In this document: positions 12,538 to 25,926 of the stretch, in pieces
Position numbering within the stretch: position 1 is the stretch's first letter
How the letters are laid out: each line of letters starts with the position of its first letter
Assembly (NCBI GenBank): GCA_965644295.1
Contig: CBFFRP010000136.1
Span: 230,905-294,904 of the forward strand
Length of the DNA: 64,000 bases
Source of the DNA: Paraphysomonas bandaiensis
Lineage: Eukaryota; Protista; Chrysophyceae
Reading direction: 5' to 3'
Translations under genes and position numbers: made by a program
The notes under the pieces: generated by a model
What the model was told of the DNA's origin: nothing
Database searches by the model: none
What the model saw: only the letters and a program-made list of their open reading frames with translations

Positions 12538-13657
12538 TATATCTGATTAGCAATAGTCTTTAATGAATGTGTTAGAGAGGCATTAAGTTTCCCTTGGTCA
12601 GTTATATTGTATGCATAGGGTCACAATCTGGTCAATTGAATCCATAATCATGCGGACAGAGCAGAGTGTATTAATGTATGAATGCCCATGCAGCATATGG
12701 ATAGGATTATAATACAGTGGTTTACCAAACTTAGTCTCCACAAACTACCTAAAAACCCCAGGTTTTCTCTTTTCTGTATCGAAATATCTACAGTATACAG
12801 TATATCTATCAAGATATCCTGCATGATGATATGGGGGAGTATCTTAACAGACATGCCGACTGTGATACAGTGCTAATATCGAGTGCTTCGATCACCTGAT
12901 ATCCTTATTATCTGGAGTCATTATCCAGTATGAACCGGGAGTTATGCACCACTCTCTATGTGTTATCTATACCCATAATATGATATGTGACCACTCATGG
13001 TTCGTTGGCCTCGTTGTATATCATGCATCATCTGTATACGAAACGTATCCGACACTGTTATATATACCCCGCATGCAGCATACTAGTCTCTATTCTACAG
13101 CTCTGTCTCCTCTTGCAATTACAACATGTATTGCTGAACGCTGAACGTATATTGCAACAACAACAACAACAATATTCAGTACAATGTATTGAATCTGTAA
13201 CCCTGCTTTAGCTTGTATTACAGTTTATGTCAGCAGCAGATCTTATGTCTACATCGTGAGGAGATAAAGCTGTGTATATTAAGGAGTTCATACTTTGAGT
13301 TTCGAGTTCACAGTGAATGAATAATCGCTTTTGTATGTAGAAGGAAAATTCCATTTTTTCTGGTATTAAAATAAAAGTAATTAATGACATTATACCCGTC
13401 AATATTAGCTACAATAATTGTTACTAGGTTCACATAGAACTCACGGACTCACTATTTTCTCAACTACGGGCACATTGTGATGAATATGTCAAGTAGTAGT
13501 ATCTCAATCGCATATGCTATGTTTGATAATTCAATACAAATGATTATAATACTTTGCATTCGTGCAAATTATTTGAATATCTCTATTTCCTATTGTAATA
13601 CATATGTAACGAAACACCTTCACAAGAACTTAATCCAAACCACTCATAACCGGTAGT

Positions 13658-15733
13658 CTACTTATGATCATCCCCCATAATTTCGTCAATATGCGACCGC
13701 AATTCTGATAGCTCTGGCATCTCCCAGAATATAATATCCCCAAATGCCCCGACAGAGACAATTTGGGATAGATCTGGACTCATTTTAACTGCTTTTACAC
13801 CTCCACTGTGGCCTCTACCTACAGCGGCTGGAATACCGTCATCATAGTGCCACACCTTCACAAGCTTATCTTCACTGCCCGATATAAAAAACTCTCCTTC
13901 AGGCTCAACATCAAGTGACGTCATGACTGCATCTCCACCTTCAATCACACGGATAGCCTGCCCGTCCACAGCATCCCAGTAAGAAAGTTTAAAGTTGGAC
14001 CCACAAGTGAGCATCTGAGACTCATCGGGATGGAAGAAGACGCTCGTGAAGACTGTAGGTTCGAAAAAGGCAGTGATACGTACATACCGCTCAAGGTCCC
14101 AAACAATACAGCTCCCATCCGAGGACGCCGATATGCACTGACTACCGTCTCTGTTCACCTTCAGACAATTAATAGCACCCCTGTGCTCTTTTAATGAAGC
14201 CACTAGAGTCTGATGTGAGCTGTGAACATTCCAGATCCTGACTTTCCCTTCATCACCGCCAGACACCATACGCCATGGGGAATGCGAGTCATTGTCACAA
14301 AGTGCAATTGCCGTCACCTTCTCTGAATGCGCATCCGGAATTACGAACTTCATGCGTCCTGTCTCAGGGTAGAAGGCACGGATCCGCCCATCATTCCACC
14401 CGCTCACCAAAGAGCTTCCGGTGGGAGTTACCTGGCAACACAGACACTCAAGGTTTGGAACCTGGATGCGCAAAAGCTCTTGTCTAATCCGAACATTCCA
14501 TATCCTTATATCTCCAACACTAGAAGTGACAATCAAATCGGGGCATCCTTCAGGAAATGATATATCATTGACAGGACCATGGTGGCATGACATCTTTAGC
14601 TCTACATGACTGAGATCGGCAGACATGAGATACTTATTGCAAAGGTCTGTACCGGCCAAAATCTCATTTTTTGAAGGGGATAGCGAAAGTGACTTCACAG
14701 CACCCATAAGTTCAGCTTTGCACGATGTTACAACATTCATAGAGTTATTGAGATAGGTGACGGTGCCATCACCTGCACCAACTAGGATATTGGTGTTACC
14801 TGTGTTCTCATTCAGAACACAACGGATTGATCGCACACCCTTTGCAAAGCGATGCTTTGAACAGCCAACCATTGTTGGGCACGTGGTATCGGGGTCATTA
14901 GGTGAGTGGATATCGTTGCGATCAATCTTTACTTTTATTACATCACCCGTGTGAGTGCCAAAAAATGCGAAGTGGTCGTCGTCAGTGATTGACAAGCACT
15001 GCATAACACGACGGAGCTGACCCATCTTGACGTCCATTGCGTGCAGCTTAGGTAGGGAGAAATCAACTTGCCATACTCTGCAGTTATAATGACCAGCAGT
15101 AACAATACGGTCGTTCCTTCCGTGCAGCCACATTACACACAGTGCAGAGTCCGGTGCAGCTGGAGAGCCACATAAGGCTTCCCCATCCGCCACGCGCCAC
15201 ACGACCAAAGCGTTATCATCTGGACCACCTAGTGTACATATATAGTCGCTATCACGTGAAAACCCTATGTCTTGAACTTTTCCCAAATGTTGCTTCAGCT
15301 TACGAATTATGCACGCATCTCCAATCATTACCGCTCCAGAGGAGCACATTTTCTTTGCTTCGTCGAAATCCCAGATTATTACATCAGCCTATCTCTCTAT
15401 AAGAACAATTGCAATATGACAACAAAATATCACACCTTTACACCAGCGAAATTCTTTTGGCCGGATGCTAATGTACGACCATCACGAGAAATTCGTACAC
15501 AAGTCACCTCGTGAGTGTGTCCATCTAGAAACGATTCTTTATCAGTTTTGACATTCTTAACAACAACCAACGATCCCAGCGCATATACGACAAAACGTCC
15601 ACATGGAGAATACTGCAATGCACCAGTCACATTTCCTGAAGATAACGGCTTTCAGATACATTACAAATACATGCATGACAGTAGTACCACTAAATCCAAT
15701 AACCGACTTTATTTTCAAATCAAGAGGATTCAT
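13658..15733 (-). CDS. CFAP52: Cilia- and flagella-associated WD40 protein 52 (WDR16)
   Basis: N-terminal L.IKSVIGFSG and LDGHTHEVTCV..S.DG..LASGQ; ELLRIQVPNLEC, SGWNDGRIRAFYPETGR, FHPDESQMLTCG. Confidence 0.92.
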
Positions 15734-16331
15734 TTCCCGCTCCCAAAGTGCCTTATTAAAAATTTACGGCAACCAATTTGTCAATAGAGTGATGATGAGC
15801 GTCTATATCGAATCTTGCATGTAAGAAGAATAAACTCCAATCAGTTCATTGAATTTATGCAGTTACAAAAATGGTTTTCAGTTACAACTCCCATCTATTG
15901 CAACCGCTGAAGTATCTTGTATGGTCACACTTCATACATTTTCACTGCTACTTTCTTTAAAATACAGTATTTTATATCGATCAGGCAAAACAAAACAGGA
16001 TTTTTTGTTGTATTCTGTTTTTTTGATCAGTATTTCTCCAAAAAAAGGTTCTGACCGACATGTATTTTTATGCAATTTGCTACATGTACTGCAATATATG
16101 TACTGCTGTATATACAACAGAGTACACGCTGTTATGTACAACAGTACGTGCTGTATGTACTGTATGTCCTCTGTGTACCTGTGCTGTATTCCTTCTTCAT
16201 GATCTCTCGGCAGAATAGAATATGCGACTGTGGTCCTGTGCTGTCCGGCCCTCTGATCTCATCAAGAACATCGCATCCCACTGCTCACAATAGTCTCTAT
16301 ATCGATATTACTACCAGACATTAACCTCATC

Positions 16332-17491
16332 ATGTTCAGCACACGTACTCTTGCAAGGAAGGTGACCACTACTGCTGTCAGGAACTACAAGGTGGCTGTT
16401 GTGGGTGCCAGCGGTGGTATCGGTGGGAGAATACATACATGTTCACACATCACTCTGATGATATATATATATACAGGCCAGCCTCTTTCTCTCCTCCTCA
16501 AACTCGACCACCATGTGACTCAGCTATCGCTGTATGATGTTGTTAATACTCCGGGTGTTGCTGCAGATATCGGACACATATGCACACCTGCGAGGACCAG
16601 AGGATACGTTGGTCCTGATGAAATCCATCATGCCCTGGATGGATGCGACGTTGTTGTTATTCCAGCAGGTGTTCCAAGAAAGCCAGGAATGACTCGTGAC
16701 GACCTGTTCAACACTAATGCTAGTATTGTCCAGGGAATTGCTGAGGCATCCGCTAAAGCGTGTCCCAATGCCATGTTCCTTATTATATCCAACCCCGTCA
16801 ACTCCACTGTTCCTATCTTCGCTGAGACATTGAAAAAGAGTGGAGTATACAACAAGAAGCGAGTATTTGGTGTTACTTCCCTCGACGTTGTGCGTGCTAA
16901 TGCGTTTGTGGCCGAGAACCAAGGCTTTGACGTGAACAAAATGAACGTACCGGTGATTGGTGGTCACGCGGGCAAAACAATTCTCCCCCTCCTCTCCCAA
17001 GTCCCAGGTGCTAAGTTCAGCGAGGATGATATCGCGAAGCTCACGCATAGAATTCAGGTAATAACTGTCGTAGTGGCAAATGCGCGTGATAACTAATACA
17101 CTCTATGCATAGTTCGGAGGTGACGAGGTCGTTGAAGCCAAGGCTGGTGCTGGGTCTGCCACACTTTCTATGGTATAATAAACGTACTGTACTTATGCAG
17201 TCACTCATTATTAGATGTACTTGAATCATATAGGCTTACGCTGGTAAATTTTTTGCGAGCCGCCTCATGTCGGCTATGTCCGGCGAAAAGGACGTCGTGG
17301 AGTGTACTTTCGTAGAGAATGATCTCACCTCGGCCCCCTTCTTCTCCACCAAGGTGCGCCTCGGTCCTAACGGCGCAGAAGAAGTTCTACCATTTGGCGC
17401 CCTGAGTAAGTTTGAGCAAGACAGTCTAGATAAACTTGTACCGGACCTCATCGTCCAGGCCAACAAGGGCGTTAGTTTCGTTACCAAGTGA
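16332..17491 (+). CDS. MDH2: Mitochondrial malate dehydrogenase (introns ~16423-16476, 17058-17112, 17173-17233)
   Basis: Transit peptide; [20 protein letters not shown] after splicing; [17 protein letters not shown]; VIGGHAG. Confidence 0.97.
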
Positions 17492-17803
17492 ATTTCCACA
17501 CAGAGAAGATTTCATGAATTGGTGAAGCTATTGTCCTAGATTTTCGCGAAATTCTTGTAATTTACGTAGTTTTAATTCAGTATCTACCACCAAGGAATGA
17601 ATACCTTATATGACTTATATCATTAATTTTGAGGGAAAGCGCTTACTATATATAATGCTAAAATCTGTTTAAAATTCTTTATATTCGAAAGTGAGTCTCG
17701 ACAATGCCCCTTAAGAGCATTGACAAAAAAATCTTTTGAAGTATACCCCATTCGGAGGGCATCCACGATGGTGTTGTTAAACTTAATCTATGTTAGGTGC
17801 TAA

Positions 17804-17886
17804 GGCCCGGTCACCGGTAACGGTCCATTAATGGGTGTCCAGTTCCCCGCAATTATAATGGCATGAACATTAATGGTTACCAGGCC
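17804..17886. mobile_element. Small Tourist-like MITE remnant
   Basis: TAA-GGCC...GGTAAC..CCATTAATG ... CATTAATGGTTACCAGGCC-TTA forms an imperfect inverted repeat. Confidence 0.4.
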
Positions 17887-18310
17887 TTATTTGTTTACTT
17901 GTGCATGTCATTGGGGCTTGAATAAAATCTCTTGAGATCCCCAAATCCCAAATGACATATTCCTTTTGTCTAATAGTAAGCTACAACTACTCAGTTCAAA
18001 ATCTACCATGAAAATTGCTCGTCAATTTATACAGTTGGACATAAAATAAATTTCAAATTTACAACACAGATTAACATATATAACGCACTATTTCTTCTTT
18101 AACTCCCGTTCGACGCCTCCACTGCCCTAATCTAATAATTCAGATGTATTCGTAACAAGCCAGAGTGTACGTAGTAGTATCGGAATTTCTTGCATTTTTC
18201 AATAACTTCATTTGTTCCTTACTTAGATCATTCCTACGAGTTCCAAGCAGAAATACAGTTTTAAAAAGGTAAATCGACATGAATAGTTATCTACATATAT
18301 ATTTCACATG

Positions 18311-19862
18311 CTAGTAATCAATATCTTGACAGTACCACCTATCAGTGTACCATATAGCCAACGTAACTAAGTAAACACACAATCCAAATAATATAACAAG
18401 CCCAATCTTAGACCTCATAAGCATTCTAATTTGCCACGATTTCTCAGTTAGTAAATCGGTGTCAATATCTCTAATACGTATATAAGATGCAAGCAATTCA
18501 TCAACTTGAAGCACAATGGCCACACCTTTCATGAAAAACTTAGGATGTCAGAAAAGAATCATGAGCAATGCATACCTACAAAGTTACTGATAAGTTCAAG
18601 AAGATTCACGCTCTTACCCATCACCACGCCCACACACAGAAGCTGGAGAAGAGCATTGATTTGCATCATGAAAACAAGGCACCTATGCGAGCGCCCCAAA
18701 TGCAGATATCTCATCATCTGGTGCACAGATTCTATCCCCGCTAGTACATATGCGATTATCCAACAACTAGAACAGGATACAACAATCACGTACCGTATCC
18801 ACAACAGAGAGGTATGCCAACTACAACTGCCCAGCTGACCTTTTCTTCAGGGCAAGGGAGCATAGTGTAGAAGAGAGCGGCAAGAGTAAAAAATTGACAC
18901 CACCAGAGCAAATACGCAAAAATTTTCAGAGTTATAGGATAAGGTTTGAAAAGGATTTCTGTTATGCTACTAAGAACCGGATCTTCATTCGACGCCGGCA
19001 TATATTTGCTCAGCGAATCCACTTGAGAGTTAACTTCGTTGAAGAATATGTCGAGTGCCTCTACACCATATTTAGATCCTGATCTCTGCAAACGGGCACC
19101 AGGTGATAGCAACTCCGCACGTTTTTCTAGGTCTTCATCACACTCTGTCCAACATTCCTTCAGGGGAGCAAACTCACTTACACAATCAGCATCTGACTTC
19201 TTCTGATTCTTACCAACGACTCCGCTACTTAGAGTATTACTGGTTGATTGAAGTCCATGATGCTCATCATCCCTACAACCTTCCTCCATCTCAGAAATAG
19301 TTTTTTTCTTTTTGTCGTCAAAACCAGTATCTTTGTGCTTATCATCACGCCTATCCTTGTGTTTGTCATCGCGCTTCTCTTTGTACTTATCGTCATTTTT
19401 GTCTTTTACTCTGTTATCATGCTTGTCTTTTCGCCTATCGTCATGCTTTTCGTTGTGTTTGCTATCGCGCTTATCTTTGTGCCTATCATCGTGCTGCTTA
19501 TCTTTACGTCTGTTATCATGCTTGTCTTTATGCTTATCATCGTGTTTATCTTTGTGCCTATCATCGTGCTGCTTATCTTTACGTCTGTTATCATGCTTGT
19601 CTCTATGCTTATCATCGTGTTTATCTTTGTGTCTGTCGCCATGTCTTTCTTTGTGCTTATCTTTGGAGCCATCATTATGCTTGTCCTTATCTTTGTGACC
19701 TTTATCTTTATCTCGATCTTTACGTTCACGTTTGTCTCTATCTTTTCTGTCGGAGTCACTGTCACTCCTGTTGTTCTCTGTTGTGTGCACAGCCACACCG
19801 TTAGACTTAGGTTTAGGTGGGGCAGCATCATCAACAGGCAAGACCTGCACGGTTTTGGTCAT
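18311..19862 (-). CDS. Multi-pass membrane protein with an N-terminal K/H/D/R-rich repeat region (about 3 exons)
   Basis: 358-aa ORF with DKHDDKH-type repeats followed by hydrophobic helices. A 53-nt GT-AG intron near 18741-18793 restores the frame into the ORFs ending at 18559 and 18311. Confidence 0.75.
19310..19745. repeat. Coding tandem repeat (includes two 75-bp units)
   Basis: DKHDDKH(R/K)DKHDNRRKDKQHDDRHK occurs twice, with degenerate copies around it. Confidence 0.85.
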
Positions 19863-20221
19863 TTTTACTGTACAATCTATCTCTACATATCAATAATTAG
19901 TATTCCTGCTCATCTCGATGCATACATATAGAACTCTACTGTTATTTCCGTTAGTATATCTCTGATATAGTATACGGTATACCCGCAGCAGCACATACAC
20001 AGCAGCAGTATACTACACTGGTCGGTAGAACCCCGTTATACCCATCTGTCAGACAAAAACTGAATCTTGTGCACTGAAATTTCATGAAAATAGTGGTGGA
20101 AACCGCAATATACATAGAGATAATACAGTCCATCATCATCAGTATCAGTTAGGCATAGGAGAGTGGTGCCAGTCATTGTATTGTCATAGTAATTACTACA
20201 AGTCGGACCATCATCAGGATT

Positions 20222-20848
20222 ATGGTTGCTGCTACTTATTCACGAATACTAGGGAAGTGGCCCCTGGCAACCAAATCCATCAGCTCAGGAATACTCTTTG
20301 GTCTGGGTGATGGTTGTGCACAATATATTCAGAGGGTGGATGACAAAGAAATTGATATTCGGCGCCTACTTGCATTCTCTAGTTATGGTTTATGTGTCCA
20401 TGCCCCTACGCAGCACTTGTGGTTTGCTTGGCTAGAGAAGAATGTGGCTGCTGGGGCCTCTTGGAGTGCGAAGCCAATGCAGCAGGCTCTGTGCCGTGTG
20501 TTTGCGCAGACGATTTTCTATGCTCCTGCAAGCATTGCTGGGGTGTTTGGATGGATGGGTTTATTTGCATCCAATCGCAGTGCTCAGGAAGTTCTTCCAC
20601 TGATAGCTCCACCTGTAGTTTTTCCAGTGTGGGCCACGGGCACAGTGTTTTGGGTGCCGTACATGGTGTTCATTTTTCGATATATATCGCTTCAGTCACG
20701 TGTTGTAGCTACATCGATTGGAAACATTTTATGGAGTACGTTCCTGTCATACAAATCTTCATTGCAAAATAGTGATAAGGACCTACTTATTTCTAACGAG
20801 GTATGTCATGATGCTGTAGGTTCGGGAGATAAGACACTGAGCGCTTAG
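20222..20848 (+). CDS. Mpv17/PMP22 family membrane protein
   Basis: PLATKSISSGILFGLGD..AQ, D..R...F..YG, H.W..WL, FWVP, W..FLS. Confidence 0.9.
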   Translation: MVAATYSRILGKWPLATKSISSGILFGLGDGCAQYIQRVDDKEIDIRRLLAFSSYGLCVHAPTQHLWFAWLEKNVAAGASWSAKPMQQALCRVFAQTIFYAPASIAGVFGWMGLFASNRSAQEVLPLIAPPVVFPVWATGTVFWVPYMVFIFRYISLQSRVVATSIGNILWSTFLSYKSSLQNSDKDLLISNEVCHDAVGSGDKTLSA

Positions 20849-21139
20849 CCGATGGCCAATGTGGTGGGTTAAAATACTATACACGTAGAGATATGATGCT
20901 GTGCCGTCCTGTAAATAAATTTTGGCATATTTTTTGAACGTAGAGTATAAGTAGACGTAACTGTAATTAATACTCTTAGAGTCTACTCTACCTATTCCCT
21001 ATACATATTCTAGAAACGAACTCAAGCCACAAGTACCCTCTGGTCAGGAAACACCTTTTTTTAGATAAAATGGGAATAAAAACCTAGTTATCCTAGTCAT
21101 TGTAAACTGAAAACATGAAGTATTTAAACGACTAACTTT

Positions 21140-21245
21140 TCAACTATTGACTAGGTTTTACACTATTTTTGGTGTGACTAGTGACTAGATAATTACACCA
21201 AATTGATTGGTGTGACTAGAAAATTACACCAAATTGACTAGGTCC
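21140..21245. repeat. GACTAG/CTAGTC-rich short repeat cluster (MITE remnant family)
   Basis: Repeated TGACTAG and ATTACACCAAATTGA. A related cluster at 57390-57500 shares CACTATTTTTGGTG and ACCTAGTC. Confidence 0.6.
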
Positions 21246-21624
21246 AATAATAGATCTCATATTTCGGCTCCATGTATAACATATTCTATTCTAATATAAT
21301 GATAAGGTGATAACAACGATCGGTTAGTTTCGACAGTACGCGTACTTTAAGGATGTGAGAAATATCAGAATATTTCTTACGTTTCACATTGAAAATTGAA
21401 ATATGATTCGCATATTATATCATATATTACTTACAACTCGACTATACTAGTTTGGGGGCTGAACACCAATCACATTTCTCACAATCATAATGCAATAAAT
21501 CAATTAAATAAGAACACATAGCAGTACATTGAAGTTCAGTGCTCAGTGTCTGTGAGCACTCTTACCGGGGCTAGCGTGAGTGCGAATAAGCACGTATCGT
21601 CACCGCGATGCTGGATGGTAGACT

Positions 21625-22686
21625 CTACTTTGATCCCGTGGAGTCTTGTCGCAGAAGCCCAAAGGCCGTAGCCAGGGTACTGTCTGAATTTTTTACTCTC
21701 TCCTGCCGTGAATGTTGTTGTTGCGGCGCATATATCCCATAAGGCCTTCGTCCGCTCACGGTCCCGGCGATGGCTGAAAATGTTTCGTGGCAATTGGCGA
21801 AGAACAGCCCCAGAGCTGCTGTGGCTTGCGGCAGCGGTATAGCGTTGGACGGAAGTGTCGAATTAGCAGAATTATTTGACCGCGCGGCGGCGGCTGAAGC
21901 CGGCGCAGATTTACCCTCTGTCTCGCGCCAATTAGATGGACTGGTCGCGGTTTTGTATACATCGTGTGAGTAGGGTGCCCCACGACTGCTCATTCGTCCA
22001 AGAGGCGCAACGTAAGGAGTAGACGATGAGGAGTCACCTGCATTATCAATTTCAAGCAGCATTTCAATCGTCTCGTCATCGAGAGTGTCCCATCGCGATG
22101 CCTTCAGTGCTTTTGATGGACGAGAGGAGTCCACAGGTGCGCTCTCAACAAGGTTTCTTTTCAGCATATCTTTAATCTCGGACATGGCATATGCCAGCCT
22201 TTCCACTTGGTTCGTTAGCTCGGACACCTCAGTTTTTAAAGCTTCAAACTCTTGTGCAGATGGTCCACTCTCACTACATGAGATAGACCGTTTAATTTCA
22301 CCTAATAGATCAGGCCTATCCCTCTGAAACAAAGGGTGGTGAAACTCAAGAACCTTAGCTTCTTCATCCTGTATTAAACATTATAAAAACCAATAACTAT
22401 GACATTAAAGTACCGATAAATTTGGTTTGGTTTCCGACTTGACTTTGTGAAAGCCATAAAAGTTTAATTGTCTCACGAAAGACGAAAAATTGTTATGTTT
22501 AAAAAATTGGGGAATTACCCGCTCGGCAAACTCGACATGATCAATGACAATAAAAGAAGTGCCAGCTTGTGTCCAGCGAGCCAGTTTTGGATCACACGAG
22601 TTGAGCATATTAAATGTCTTCTTGAGAAACACCGGATGCTCTGTTGACTTCTTCCTCTTTCTCGGCCCCTGAGTCTGTACAATCAT
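21625..22686 (-). CDS. Heat-shock-factor-type transcription factor (one intron at ~22369-22420)
   Basis: PVFLKKTFNML...W...GTSFIV...VIPQFFKHNNFSSFVRQLNFYGFHKV...EFHHPLFQRDRPDLL, followed by a coiled coil. Confidence 0.92.
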
Positions 22687-23382
22687 TGTATGAAACAGTA
22701 CGCTAAATCGAGAAGATTATAACAAGTCCGTCAATAACAGAAAATGATATCTAATCAATTCATGAAGAATATGGGCTGTGTTGAGGTCGACAAGGCGGGC
22801 ATAACCGCACCACTGATGTATGTATATATATATATATGTACATATACAACCCACACAGAAAAAAACATCGTATCCATCCAGAATGGTTCGTTTGTGTTTG
22901 AAGGGAACTACTGTATAGTGTGTACCATACTATCATGTGTGGCCGGATGACACATGTGTGAGGAGCGGACATGTGATGTGTTCAACCTTAGAAGCACGGT
23001 ATACTGTATATACGTTCTGTATAAGGGGCTATTTTTTAGCTACACTAGAAATCATAGGTTTATAGGAACCTAAAGCAAAAAACCTCAAGTATATATCCAA
23101 AATATGTAAAAATAATTCCTAATTTACACTCCAGTATGGCTAAAGTCCGTTGACAGCAAGCGAAATACGGTAGAATACATTCTCCACAAACATACTGCTG
23201 TATAGGCTCCTGTATCATAACCGACCTGTGTGTGTATATGAACAGACAGGGCCTCAACTCCTATGAGTTGGACATAACATAAACCAGACTCGCGCTTAAC
23301 TATAGAAAACCTCATGAGATAACATCATCTGAAATACTTGTGACATTGTTTGGTGTATTGATTTCGTGTGAAAGTGTGTGTC

Positions 23383-24262
23383 ATGCTCGTTAGATTTATA
23401 CTTCTGTTGTTGCCTGTCGTCAGTGCGATAGTGAACCAAGAGGAGAAAAGCAAAGAAATATTGGAGCTCCTCTTTCCTAAACGAGAAACGGTTGATAAAG
23501 TGATGCAAACATATGAGAACTATCAGCAACATAGAAAACTAGGACTTCCAGACAGAAACAACCCTCCAGAAGGGGTTGATGATGCCTTGTGTGTGATATG
23601 TCATGGACTAAGTCATTGCGATATTCTCAATGGACTATTAATTCAGGAGGTTTATTACCCGGAACAAAATGCCGATTTGGGAACATGTTCTATAATTGAA
23701 TCACTAGGCGCACGCATGGCAAATGAAATATTTGGAATCGGGAGAACGTTTAGGGACACCCCACAATGTCGTGACATCGTTATGCAGTATCTCTGCCTTT
23801 TTTGGGGCAGCCAGAATGACCAGTATACTAATCTGTGCTATTGGAAGGAGGATGTTTCCAAGCCCAACCCAGAGGAGCACAAAATCGCGCCCCGCCCTCC
23901 CTGTCGAAGCTTTTGTGTTCAGGTAATTATCAGGAATGTTAGATATGTGACTGACTTTGATCATTTAATGTCAGATTGCGGAGGTTTGTGCGAACCAGGC
24001 AGACTTCATGGATATTTGTGGATTTATCGAGTGTCCACCAACTGAAGATGAATGCACGCCAGGTGTGTTGAATTGTAGAGCGTATCCACCTAAGGCATTG
24101 TTAATTATTCGTGCAGATCCAGTAGTTGGTGGGGAAGTGGTCGCGGCTGGAATTGGTTGTGACATTCCTTCCCTCTCTAATCCTTATAGTGCAGCGGACC
24201 GGACACTTCCTTCTGCTATTCTAGGTTTTCTCCTGTGTATAGCTTCCGTTTTATTGATATAA
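23383..24262 (+). CDS. Secreted, probably GPI-anchored Cys-rich protein with Frizzled-CRD-like cysteine pattern
   Basis: Signal peptide MLVRFILLLLPVVSA; C...YLC...PRPPCRSFC...C motif; hydrophobic C-terminal tail. Introns at ~23923-23974 and 24063-24116. Confidence 0.7.
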
Positions 24263-24898
24263 AAGAATGTAACGGCGCGAAACACTATAACATTGCGTCC
24301 TTGTGTTTACTGGTGTTGGCAGCTTCTATTGTACAGCAGATGAAGAAACCAGCCCTTATTGTTGTTTGAATAACGAACCTCACTCTAGGTTACACTACTG
24401 TACTGCGCTAATTAATATGAAAATATTATAGTAATTATGCAATTATCGTTCCACGCTTAGCCTGCTAGTGACTGCTCGCTGCATTGGACACACACACGAC
24501 GATTTTAAACTCTTACATCTTATCACTGTACGTAGTCATAGTTCATACCAATAAACGAAAAGCAAATGAACATTAAAAAGTAAGAAGCTGTGAAAGTTAC
24601 TTTAATTATGATTTAATTTCGTGGGAGTGCTAGTTTATGAGTGAATGAATTCTATTGCAATATGAATAGTGGCAAAGTTGGCTGACAATGCATTGTAATC
24701 TGCGTCGCTGTTAGACAGGTTCAATCAGTGTCAGCTTGAGAAGTATCTAATCATCTACCAATATAACTACTGAAGATTGAAATAGTTTATTCAAATGACA
24801 ACATGTCTTCAATTTATTATCGCGCAACACCCAAATTCTGGGTACATATGCACAAAGCAAAGCAAGTATCTGCACATCGCATCACCCCACCAGCGACA

Positions 24899-25926
24899 CT
24901 ACAGCTCAAAATATTCCTTGTTAATCATTTTGTCAGCAAAACCCCACATCTTGCTATTGTATACATCTTTATGGGTATGCATCTCGCTCACATCGAGTTT
25001 TCCGTCTGCTCCTGCACGAGGTCACATTTAACTCAAACGTACAACCGTTACCACAAACTTACCACGTGACACCTTCCTATAAAGTGGCATATCATCAGTC
25101 AACTTGGACTTTATCTCATCCAACTGTGCCTTATTCGTCGACGGGTTGAACCAGCGTTTGAAGTTCAGACAGCCTGAAGGTATGTAATGACGGAATGGAA
25201 GTAGCAACCAGACGATGCCTTACCAACTTCTATGTCAAATCCGGAATGTAAGAAGAACTTGAGATTAGGGAAGTGCTTAGAATGAAACCACTGTCCCATT
25301 TCGTCATCATCTGATGTAGCTATTAGATTACTATAACACCCATGTCTAATACTCACAATGATAAAACTCTGGGATTGCCATCCTTAGCAATTCCAGTCGA
25401 TTAACACCCTCTGAATCAGGATCGAACACGACCATCCTGCAGTTCGAGAGAGCGAGAACCTTTCTGACTTCTTCTACTGTATTTATTCCGCCGTCCATCT
25501 CCGTTACTTGCAATCCAATTTTTGATGCAGCCATGAGTGTTACATGCTACATGGTCATGTAAGCAAATTAGCAAATCCAACATGTGTTCCACCTTGACTT
25601 TATTATCATGCATCCAGTTAAGTACTGGTACGCCAGGGCCAAACCCATAATCTAACATCGCATGTGCATGATTATTGACATGTGCCTATACACCACATGT
25701 TAGATTTACGCGGAATTAAAATTTTCATACATTGAACTCGTATGCACTCCACTTGACATTCTTATCAGTGTAGCGAACGGCCTCACGATAAGGTAACTCT
25801 TGCACTGCAGATTCCATTTTCGATACTAGTGTTGACACTTGACGGCAATTTCCTATAACACTACTGTTAGTGGGATGTGTAAGTAGAAACACGCCTCATA
25901 CTTCGCCCAATAGATCTCAGTATCAT
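24899..25926 (-). CDS. Short mitochondrial acyl-CoA-synthetase-like (AMP-binding N-subdomain only) protein, about 6 exons
   Basis: Spliced product: MILRSIGRRNCRQVSTL...PYREAVRY...WS..EF..HVNNHAHAMLDYGFGPG...LMAASKIG...FPNLKFF.HSG...MINKEYFEL*. The N-terminus is Arg-rich and transit-peptide-like. Confidence 0.7.

Noticed and set aside
16423-16476. Apparent 18-aa insertion in the MDH NAD-binding motif
   Set aside because: It is a 54-nt GT-AG intron. Splicing restores GGIGQPL.
19248-19931. Hydrophobic 227-aa and Ser/Leu/Cys-rich 128-aa plus-strand ORFs
   Set aside because: They are antisense shadows of the KHDD coding repeat on the minus strand.
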